From Amoebophrya sp. A120 (lineage: Eukaryota; Protista; Dinoflagellata): 64,000 nucleotides of DNA. The position numbers and the translations under genes were made by a program. The DNA lies in NCBI GenBank assembly GCA_905178155.1, contig CAJINV010000005.1:7045831-7109830 (forward strand), written 5' to 3'. The notes beneath the pieces were generated by a model. It saw only the letters and a list, made by a program, of their open reading frames with translations, searched no databases and was not told the origin of the DNA. This document shows, one piece after another, positions 26,030-36,600 of this stretch (positions are counted from its first letter, which is position 1; each line of letters starts with the position of its first letter).

Positions 26030-26930
26030 GCGGCGGACTTAATGGCGGCCCGCGCCAAAATGGAAGACGCTTGGCAGCCGCTGGCCGAGAGTGCTGACAA
26101 GTCCGCCGCGAACTACCTGGATGGTTGGGCTCTTGCGGGGGCCCAGTCTACCGGGCCGCGGTTGATGTGGAGCCCGCGCGCGAGCACCACCGCCGCCGCC
26201 CCGCAGTGCGCCGCAGCGGGCGGCGGGCTGGGCCCGGCGTGTCAGAATGCCGCCGCGGGGCCGTGCCGTCTCGCGCGAGGCCCCCCGGGGCGGGCCGTTG
26301 TAGCTGTGTGGCGGGTCGGTGGGTCGATCGTCTCGCCGCTCATCGTTTTGCCAGCCTGCCAGGTGTGGGCGCTTTGGGAGAGCGCGGCCCAACGCGGCCC
26401 CCAGCTCGCGGCGTTGCCACCTGGTGCGGCGACTCGGCGCGCTAGGCGTGGGGGCCCTTGGGTTCGTCTTGTGCCCCGCAGAGAAACGCAAGCCGCGAAA
26501 AGAACGGGCGACGGGGCCCCGGAATTCCTCGGGCGTGGTGGCGCCCCCCGACCTGGCCGGCCCCGTTTGCCGGCATTCAGGCCTCCCTCGTCCCGGCCGC
26601 CCGGGCAAGAAAATGGCGGCGCTCCGCGCCGTTTTTCGTTCGCATCTCGCGCCCGCCTCATGTGTGGGCGCGGGCGGGATGGGTCGCGCGTTTCTTTGCC
26701 CCCCCCGCCTCCCGGTCGGTGGCCCCGCCCCCCAGGCGCCCCGTCCTATTGCTTGGCGCAGCGGGCAGCCCGGGCGGGCCGGCCATGCATTGTGCTACCT
26801 AGATTTTCGCGAGCCTGCCGGCGCCCGCGACGGACCGGTCCTGGGTTGGCTTTATGGATATTCGCTTCCGCGGGCGCAGCCACGAGCGCAGTGTGTGCGT
26901 GGGGTCGCTGCCGCGGTTAATGGCCGAGCT
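26030..26930. repeat. GC-rich intergenic repeat, probable third copy of the 17.6-19.4 kb family
   Basis: gtttttcgttcgc (~26631) versus gtgtttcgttcgc (~18054); ctattgcttggcgcagcgg..ccggcc (~26746) versus ctatctgtgttgccaagcgcagc..ccggcc (~18159). Confidence 0.4.
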
Positions 26931-27504
26931 TCCTTCGTTCTTTTTTATCTGGTGGGTCGAACAACAAAACGAAAATCGAGGCTCTTTTGGAATGAGCTTG
27001 ATGTCGATACACATTTCTGGTAGGAGCGAGTTCTCGCGCACGTGTGACGCTTCGCCTTCCCTTGTCAGACGCGCAGTTTTGTCTTGGCGACCCAAGGTGG
27101 CAACTTTGGTCACCTGGTCTCTTGTTTCCACCTGTGTTTCGGGACGGGCGGACGAGATGTTTCTGCTCTTGCATGAAGTTTTTTTGCATTGGTGACAAAG
27201 GCGACGACAAAAAGACAAGTAGATCGAAATCACGTGGCAGCCTGTAGATGTAGTAGAGATCCTTGGTCAAAGATGAGATAACTTGGATCTGCTGGCTACG
27301 ATGATGCAAGTCATCGTCCCCGCAATTAACATGTGTGGCGTGTACTCTGCCCCCGAGGTCTTTAGCGTTTGTGACCAACAATGGCTTCTCGTGCTGGAGA
27401 CCGTCGTGTGTTGGTTCAGATTTTTTGGCTCTGTAGTACGAAAAATGCAGAGTCAGTAGAAGATTAATTTAAGATAGAGACTGAGATACACGAAATCTTC
27501 AAAA

Positions 27505-30500
27505 ATGGACACCGCCGCCCGGCGCAAGGAAACTTCGAAGCAGCTGGTGCTCGCTTTTCGGGCGGCTTGTAAGAACAAGCCTCCCCCTCCGCACCAAGCC
27601 GCAAAGACCAGAACGGCCGGACAGCCCATCACTGATGCCTCTACTTCACATGCCAAACAGCCGCACCCATCCGCCGGACTACAGCAGGGTAGTAGTTCTT
27701 ATTTCGACATCCAGGCCTTGCTGCAACACGGCATCCCGCATGCCAACGCACAGGGGATCGCATTGTCCGCCTCCAGTGCCGCAACCGTTGCTGCAACGAC
27801 CGACTTCTATTCGACGGCTTTTAGCTCTGGAGTTCTGGTGCAAGATGAGCGGCCTGCTGGACGTGCAGCCACAGAGGGCACCTCGTCCTGCCCCTCCTCG
27901 TCCTCCTCGAAGAGGCCAATGCTGGTGTCCAACGCAGATGTCCGTGTGGCGGTTTTTCACGCGGTGGAGAAGCGGTTTCTGGAATTGGTTGCAGCTGTTG
28001 AAAATAACAATGGAGTATCCACAGTAAATTTCCTGTACAACACGTACAAACGCCGTTTCTGCATGACAAAACTTGGCTTCGATCCTAGTTTAGCATGACA
28101 AGTTTGACCCTCCAAATTGGTGAAGTTTGTGATGCATCCTGTACATGTGCTGGAAATTTGTATTGCATAGGGAGAACTACTAGGAGATGTTGACATCACA
28201 GGAACGGACCACACGGGAAGTTCGAGTGGTCCCGTCTTGAATGAGCAGGACATTAGCACGCTTTGCCTCGCGTTTGGGAAGGAGCAGAGTGTGCTTGAGC
28301 ATAAATTAAGTGAAAAAAATGGTATGGGCACCGCCCTTCGGCCGGCAAAAATCGTGAAGCATCAGCCGTTCTGGGAAGGCGTCAGCAAGTTTTTAGCAGG
28401 CCACTTCCGCAGGCAGCATCTGAGTTGTAGTAGAAACGTGGCAAATTCAGATACGATATGCATGGCAAAAGTATCGTACTAGCATCAATTGCATTACAAA
28501 TTTGTCCATCTGGAAAAAAATGGAATTTGTCATGCTAATTCACCTAAAAAGGTGTATTTGCCATGCCTGATAGCAATTACTACGAGTGCGATACTTTTGC
28601 ACAGGATATACGACCTCGGAGTTTTTCACCCCCCAGGGGCTGGCATTGACTTTGAACGGTCTGAGCAAGTACTATCAGCAGTGGGAAACTGTTCATGGAA
28701 AGCAGCATGACAAAGGCTCCGGGTTGAAAAGAATCTGCACGCTTTTGGACCCTTTCACCAAGAAATGTTTGGAAACGAAGTGTCTGCAGTTCGCCTTCGC
28801 TGACACAAGAACTACGGGGTCTGCTTGTGTTTCGGCGGGAACATTATATCGTAGAGCAGCACCGAGGAACCACCGTACCGATGCAAAAAATGCTTTCTCC
28901 CAAGCCCACCTGGCGATGATCTGCAATGCTTGGGTCCACCTGGAATTCTCGTTGGACAATTTTGTTCGATTCGCCGAGAGCATCTTTACGTTCAACCGTT
29001 GTAGTGACAAGGCGAGTTGGGGTTCTACTTGCGCAGGACAAAGAAAGAACGAGGACTTCAACGCTTGTTCTCCCACCAACTGGTCTTTCAAAACCACTTG
29101 CGTGGTCCTCAACGCCTGTTGTAAGCTACTGTTTCCGAATTCGCTGGACTTAGACGCTACAGTAGTACACAGTGATTCTGCAGACGACGGGTATAATAAC
29201 ACCAGCGGAGGCTGTACAATAAACAGTGCGAGTGCTTCTACGTCGATGTTGTGTTCCTCCAACAAAAAGGCTCTCCTGGATTTGCGTGAAAACATTTCCC
29301 AATTCTTAACAACCGAGTACATCAACCGGAGATTGTGCGATGAATTGCGGCTACTTCCAGCAGACTACAGGGGTTCTTGTCGACTCGCCGAGTCGGAGGG
29401 AAAACGCCACGCTGACGAATTTTCCGAGCAGCACATTGCCATGTTCTTGCACGCACTTGCAAGGTTTCAGATTGACATTGGAAATAATAATAAAAATAAT
29501 TCGCCCGCGACGAACAAAATAGCGATGGAACTTTTGGCGGATCGATATTGGAAGATCTTTTGTGAAACATGTGGCTTGGAAGGCGAAAACGAAGAAAAGG
29601 ATGGTAATCAAGTAGCTGGTGCCGATCATCAACCCCCTACTACATCAGGAGCCGATATCAATCCTTGCTTCGACCACGAGGACACGAGGAATAAATCTCC
29701 GGTGCGGCTGCGACTGGCAGCAGCCAACGGGAGGCAACCGGATCATGTTGATGGATTGCAAATCAGTCACGGATTCTGCACGGTGGCGCTTGCACTAGCC
29801 CGGTCCGGGATGTTTGATCCGAGATTTCACGACGCTGCGTATTTTTTGACAAGGAAATTCCGCAAAAATACAGGAGGTTGTCATGCGCAGATGCGGCAAG
29901 AACTTGAACCAGTTCGCCTTCATCTTTACTTCCAAGAACCCCAACACCTGGTGAACTACGTATTTGCGCAGCAGCTGGCGAGATCCCTGAGAGGACGAGG
30001 GAGGGATGGCAACGACGCAAATTATGATTATCCTGCATCAAGTGCAAGAACCACCGATTTCTTCCTGGCGGATCTCGGACGGAGAGAAATGCTTGCGCAA
30101 GAACAGTTGTCTAGACCTTGTGGTGCAACATCAGCCGATAATCGTCGTGCTCAACACGCGCCGGAAGCAGAGCATGAGCAACAGCTTGCTCCCGCGTGGC
30201 TTTCGGTGCAGGGGAAGAGCCAAATTCTTAGCTCGCTGTTTTCCGCTTTCCATTTCAGCGAATCTAGATCTACCACGGCGCCGGGGAGGATGAAGAAGAC
30301 CGCAGCAAGTAATTCTTGTCACTGGACGACGCGGCTTTTACCCAATTGGCCCTTTCACAGCCTGCGCTTTTTCGCGGGGTTGCTGGAAGATAATGTGTCA
30401 CCAGGGCCGGAAGCTGCAAGAAGTAACATTTCACCGAGTTTATCAGGCTCTTTCCAGGCCCCCACTAACTCGTCAACCTTTCAGGCGGAAGTAGCGGAAA

Positions 30501-30661
30501 CAATTTGTAGGATAAAAAGCACTTGTTCTTCGACTTCTGCACAGAGTGAAGATTCTTTTTCTTCAATCAAAAACATGTTTCTTCTCAAGGAAGCGCAAGT
30601 AGCTTTTTACTTTGTTGACATACTCTTGCAGCGACCAGGATGCTTTTCAGAACAAGCGTAA
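27505..30661 (+). CDS. Helical-repeat (OPR/HPR-like) organellar RNA-binding protein with a C-terminal RAP-like segment
   Basis: Repeats LNEQDISTLCLAFGK, FTPQGLALTLNGLSK, FSQAHLAMICNAWVHL and FSEQHIAMFLHALARF. C-terminal SSTFQAEVAETI...EAQVAFYFVDILL. Two introners. Confidence 0.6.
28016..28169. mobile_element. Introner, family I (TAT..AAATTTCC..TACA)
   Basis: Imperfect TIR; TSD tggag/gggag. An in-frame GT-AG reading (28024-28170) also exists. Confidence 0.7.
28457..28608. mobile_element. Introner, family C
   Basis: TSD tacga/tacga. Confidence 0.9.
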
Positions 30662-31261
30662 ACGTCATGCGAATCAACGACACGAATACAAGAATAGTAA
30701 GCGCAAATGTCATGATCATTCCTTGACCGGTGCTTTTCAAATCGGTAATACTGTTCGGTTACTGAAATGAAAGATGCTCTTGCTCTTACGCGGACCTCCG
30801 TGCAATCACGATCACGATCATTTTCGTCTTTCACAGCAGCAGCTTCGATTCGACCTGGATCCACCCTTTGGATTTCTAATCGTGAAAAATAGTGTAACAG
30901 CTCCTCATGCTGCTCATGTTTGATCACTGTACTTTTTGAAGATGCGACCGACATGCAAGAAGTAGGACGAGATCCTAAGCCAAAATAAGACACCAGAGTT
31001 CTTTCGCGATCAGTCTGTTTTCATATCAATTTCGGATGCACTACATCCACTTCTACTTTTTCTGCGTATGAGTTTCCCGCTCGGTCTTTTCCTCCACTCG
31101 CCCTCCTTCGGTTCCCTGTCCCAATTTCAACTCCTTCTCACCGAAAGACTAGCCTTCTTCCACCTACTCGTAAGTTGCCTGGACAAGATTTGAGGAACAA
31201 CATTAAGCACCACCAGATCATCATTTTTATACGACCACAAGCACCATAACATAGCAAGATC

Positions 31262-32565
31262 ATGGCGCCCACCTCCGACAAGAAGGGTACCGCGCACATC
31301 GGTGCGGATATCACTGAGATTGCGGAAATTTGCCTGGTCCCCGGCGACCCGTTACGAGCGAAGTACATTGTGGAGAACTACCTCGAGGATTACAAGCAGG
31401 TCACGTCGGTCCGAAACTGCTTAGGCTACACGGGGTACTACAATGGGGTAAGGCTCTCCGTCGTCGCCTCTGGAATGGGCGCCGCCGGGGCGAGCATTTA
31501 CTTTTCCGAGTTGATCGACTACTACAATGTGAAGGTGTTAATCCGGATTGGGTCGTGTGGAACGCACTTGGCGCCCAAGGTGAAGATATGAATTGCAAAA
31601 GTATCGTACTCGTATGATAAATGCATTACAAATTTTCCCAGCATGAGAAATGAAATTTGTAATGCGGATTTACCTCAAGTCAAAGATTTGTAATGCAAAA
31701 CTTGCATTTATACGAGTGCGATATTTTTGCACAGGATAGAAGATGGGAGATTTGATCTTGGCGATGACGGCAGGGACGGATAGCAAGTACAGGATGACTT
31801 TTATTTTTGTGATGTGCTGGATCTTATTTGATTACGATTAGTAATACGTGCAGTTCGGTATCTTTTACGCATATAGAGATGTACGGGTTTTTATGCGGTA
31901 GTTTTTCATGCGTGTCCTCCTGCAACACAACTACAAAAACACTATGTATAAAATCAGAATGAACCGCACCCGTCTGCTCGACCACGACCATGCCGTATGC
32001 TGTGACTTCGAGCTTCTTAAAACGTGCACCGAATCCTGCGACAAAATTTTAGCCGAGAACGCGAAAATATCCTGTGCAAAAGTATCGTACTCGTATTGCA
32101 CTCATGCATTACAAATCTTTTCCTTGAGGTAGATCATCATTACAAATTTTCTTTCTCATGCTAAGGAAAGTTGTAATGCATTTATATATACGAGTGCGAT
32201 AGTACTTTTGCAGTTCATAGAGAAACGAAAATTACCATGTCGGGAAGATTTTCACCTCGGATTTCTTTTACCACCCGCAGGAACAGACACTCTACCCGCT
32301 GTTGAAAAAGCACAACTACCTCGGGATCGAGATGGAATGCTCCAGTCTCTATGCCTGCGCGAGTGAGCGGAACGCAAGGGCGCTGACCATTTGCACGGTG
32401 ACGGACGAAATTCACTTGGTAGACAACACGGGGCCTAATGCGGCCAGCACGCCGTACAAACTGGAATTTAAGGGGTTGTCTTCTGCGGAGAGGGAACAGA
32501 AATTGCGATCCATGATGCAGATTGCGCTGGATACGGTGGTGAAAACCGTGCACAAGGGGTTGTAA
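31262..32565 (+). CDS. deoD: DeoD-type (bacterial hexameric-type) purine nucleoside phosphorylase
   Basis: HIGA...LVPGDPLRAKYI, VRNCLGYTG, SGMG, IRIGSCG, GKIFTSDFFY, GIEMECSSLY, ALTICTVTD, ERE...MMQIALD. Two introners plus a GT-AG intron at 31787-31957. Confidence 0.93.
31587..31738. mobile_element. Introner, family C
   Basis: TSD gaaga/gaaga; PKVK|MGDL matches DeoD. Confidence 0.93.
32068..32219. mobile_element. Introner, family C
   Basis: TSD gaaaa/gagaa; NAK|NENYHVGKIF restored. Confidence 0.9.
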
Positions 32566-33637
32566 GTAACACACTCAACGAGAAGGACCAATTCCAATTC
32601 ATGTTGCTGAAACGCATGATGCGCAGATGATGGAATGTTTGTAACTAAAGCAAGCACATGGCACGACGACTACGATATTAGATACGATTCTTCTATACCA
32701 CGCACAAGCGTTGTGAAAAAAACACGACCTTCGACTTTGTTTTTCACGATTTTTTGAATTAGTGGCAATTACACATAGCGATGGCGCTCATTCGAATTAG
32801 ACTTTTCATTCGAGGGGGAATTTTCTGGTGCAGCAGGGAATTTTTAATGTCGAAACTACAGCTTGTGCTTGTGATTATACGCGAGGACTACTATTGATTG
32901 CAACATGTTGGAATTTCTACGGCGCTGTCACTGATGAACTTGAATAAACCAGAAACGTACGTCAGGGAATACGATTGATGCTCCATCTGCAACAACATGG
33001 ACAGCGCTCTGTGTCCGCGTTGAGTTCTAACGCTAGATGGGTCCTCGCGTCTTCATCGTCGTGGGTAAGTAATCTACTCTAATAACAATCGTCGTAGGAA
33101 ATTTTTCTCGTCTACTTCAGGTGTCTGTTTCATCGCTTTGATGTCGACCTAGTTTGTTGGGTATTTTGTAACTGATCTAGACTCGTTTTTTTCTGTTTGG
33201 GTGATGGCGTTGTCTTCGGCATCTTTGAACTTTTTCGTACCTGCTGTGACAAGGGTACCGCTCGGCATTCTGTTTCATCGTACGTAGTTCCATCATTCTA
33301 AGCTCATATTTCAGCTCCTGGCTCTTTTTGTCGTGGCTTAGGGAGGTCTTTTTCTTTTCATCGTTATACAAAGGGTCGTCGCTCGTGTATCCTAGTGCTA
33401 GTACTGCTCGGTGGTACAGCTTTCTCTCACCAGAAGCCGCTTATTGTCAGGATTCATTTATTTCTCTTTGTGCAACAACTAGTGTTTTTTTCAAGTACTA
33501 TTTTTTTCAAGAGCACAGGAAGCCGGCGCCACGGAACGACCCACAGGAGGGACGGTCCTCCTGCAGTTCCTGACCTATAATTTCTTCTACACCTCCAGCC
33601 TCCTCAGGCACCAGTAGTTCTTCATCCCACTAAGAAA

Positions 33638-36600
33638 ATGCTCTCCGACACACTCCCCGCGTTTCAGCGAGGGTGCTCGGAGGGCACCAATGCCGCCGAG
33701 ATCGCCGCGACAACAGATACAAATAACCTGGACCGTTCCAACTCTTTCGCAAATTTGAACGCGACATTTCGAAATTTGGGGAGAAAAAAACGGATCGAAT
33801 CTCTCGAGTTCGTCGACGATCTCCACGATGACATCGCCTCGTTCCTCACGAAAGCGCACTGCGAGGCGGATGTTTTGAAATATCTGGAGGGGCAGTTGGT
33901 CTACAGCAGACCAACCTGGCTGGATAAGGACAGGTGGCTGAAGGTGATATGCATTACAAAAGTATCGTACTTCTACGATAAATCGCATCATAAATTTTCC
34001 CAACAACCAAAGTGCAATTTGTCATGCTGGACGAGGTAGAAAGTTAGATTTCGATTTTCGATGCCTGCCTGCCATTACTACGAGTGCGATACTTTTGCAC
34101 GGGATAGGTGAAGAACAGCATCTATTCCAGTTGTCAGGATCATGAAGTCGCCGAGAGTTGTCAGGGCAGCTTGTCTCCGACGAAAACTTCTGGTGACGAC
34201 GCTGGCAAGACCGGTAGTGGTACATCATCATCATCATTTTCATCAACTTCTTCGTCTTCTACATCCAGTACCAGTTCTGCCTCCAGCACAAATAAGCCCT
34301 CCCGCGAGCAAGTCCTCTCCGCGATTAAGAAGCGAAAGCACTCGAGGTTTTTCTGGGACGCGACCCGACCGGAGGATTTCAAAAATGTCAGGCGAGTTTT
34401 CGGCGGCCCGCCGTTTTCTAGTGAGGTCCGGTGGCCGAAGGTGGTGCACGAGAAAACGTGGGAGCAGTTCGCGAGCTCCTCGGCGACGAATCCGCACTGT
34501 AGTACGCCAAATGGCGTGGGGACGACAATCGGGCCGCTGCACGATGTGGCAGAGGAGGAGGAGGCGAGTCACAGTGTGGACATCAAGGAACAGCTTCCCG
34601 CTGGAAGTACTTCTACTCCAAATAACAGGACGACGACGACAGCTGCGTCTCCTGGTGGTGCTGCTGCAAGTTTAAGTTCAAGCACCGCCACTCCGTCAAA
34701 AATTCCACCTTCTAACCGCCCTAACTCCGGTGTTTTTCGTGTGCCGAGTGGTAACAACCCGCTGTCCACAAGGAACACGCCATCGAGGACAGCTTTGAAG
34801 CTAAAACCGCTGATGCTGTCCCCCAGTGGCAATGCTACAGGTACTAGTTCGTCTTCAGCAGCAGGATTAGCATCTACTTCAAATCAGCCTCTATCAAGTT
34901 CCTCCGCCGCCTCCTCCTCCACACCGAATAAAGGCCTAGCCTCGAGCCACCGACCCCCGAGTGCTGGGCCGCGTGTAGGTGGACGAGGATCAGCTGCTGG
35001 CGCAACGTCAAGGCCCGGACTAGTACTCAATTCCGATGACGATGATGATCCAAACCTAGAAACTGATCCGGAGCACAGTCCAGAGGAGGATCTGGAGTTT
35101 GAGGTCAAAAAAACGCCGAACAAAACAAGTCCAGGCAAGAATAAAGCAATTTTCAAGGAAGGCAGTCACAAGAGGGAAGACAGCTTTTCCCTGTTGGATC
35201 ACGCCTGCGACTCTTTCAGTGCGTCTCGAAGATACGTCGGAACCTGCGCGAGAGTGATGAATTCGGACGTCGCGACCGGTGGCTCAACATCTTCTTCGTC
35301 TGGCAGTGGGAGTTCGAACAATTCCAGTAGTTCCTCTTCCAATGCCTGGGACCGGGAAAACGCCGGAAAGACGATTCTCCCCACCAGTTTAAGGGATCCG
35401 CAGGACTTGTTGCAGTTTACAAGCTACGAATTGCAAAAGTATCGTACTAGATAGTACTAGTAGGAACTGCATTACAAATTTCCTCAGCATGAGAAATCAA
35501 ATTTGTGATGCGGATTTACGTTAAGAAATAGACTTGTATGTAATGTCGATGACTGCAATTACTACAAGCGCGATACTTTTGCAGTTCATACAAGCTGCTT
35601 CGAGTCGGGAAATTTAAAGTACGCCTGTTTCCGCGGGGTCGTGAAGAGGGTGGTGGACGATAGTGGAGGTAGTAGTTCTGGTGTTCTGCAGCATCCTTTA
35701 GCAGCAGCAGCCGCTGCGGGTGCGGCCTCGACGAATTCGTCGTCTTCCGGTGGACGAGCACCAGGTCCTGGGGCTGACAGCACGAGTGGTTTGGGAACGA
35801 CATCAAATGGTCTTCACCCCACGCCTCTCGTAGGGTATAACACCTACATTCCGGTTTACGATTTAGTCCTTGACCACGACACAAATTCTCTCGGGCATGT
35901 CCAGTGGTTCAATTTCGCTTGTCGCGGCTTCAAGCGGGCCCAGACGATCCGGTTCCGGATCATCAACGCATGCAAGGGGGCTAGTCTCTTCCAGATGGGG
36001 ATGCGACCGCTAGTGTGGAGCGAAACGCACGCAATGAAGATGTTCGCGGCGGGGGATAATAGAGGATCTTCGAATTCATCGGGTAGTAGTAGTGGTTCTT
36101 GTACTGGCGCGAAGCAGGAACATCAAAACAGTGGCAATTATGCAGGCACACAACAAGACGGAGGTGCTGCAACTTCGGATGTGGAGCCAACTTCTAGTTC
36201 TAACTCTGCGCAACAACAGCAGACCCACATGTTCACGAAGCGCTCCGGTGGTGTCACAACGGAGGTCCCGACAAACAACCTCGACCCGTTTTCCTCCTCA
36301 GAACTGTTACCAAAACTCTGGCGCCCGATGGGAGAAAACATCACCTACGCGCGGAATAAGATTCCAAGGGCGGTCAGGGCACAAATGCAGTTCACCGGCG
36401 GGGGAGGAGGGAACAATAGCAACAATTCCAATAACGGAGGAGGAGGTTCATCTTCCACCCAGAATCTATTCGGGCGAACTAGCAGTCAAAATCACGGAAC
36501 AGGTGGTCCCAATCCTGGTCTGATGAACAATGGAGATATCTTCTCCTTGGTGAACTCTGGGAATAACAATAGCAACGGAACGAATAGCAACAGTTCTTTC

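Noticed and set aside
27415-27435. Relic dinoflagellate spliced leader (ttttggctc) upstream of 27505
   Set aside because: Only about 9 nt match the 22-nt leader, which is expected by chance.
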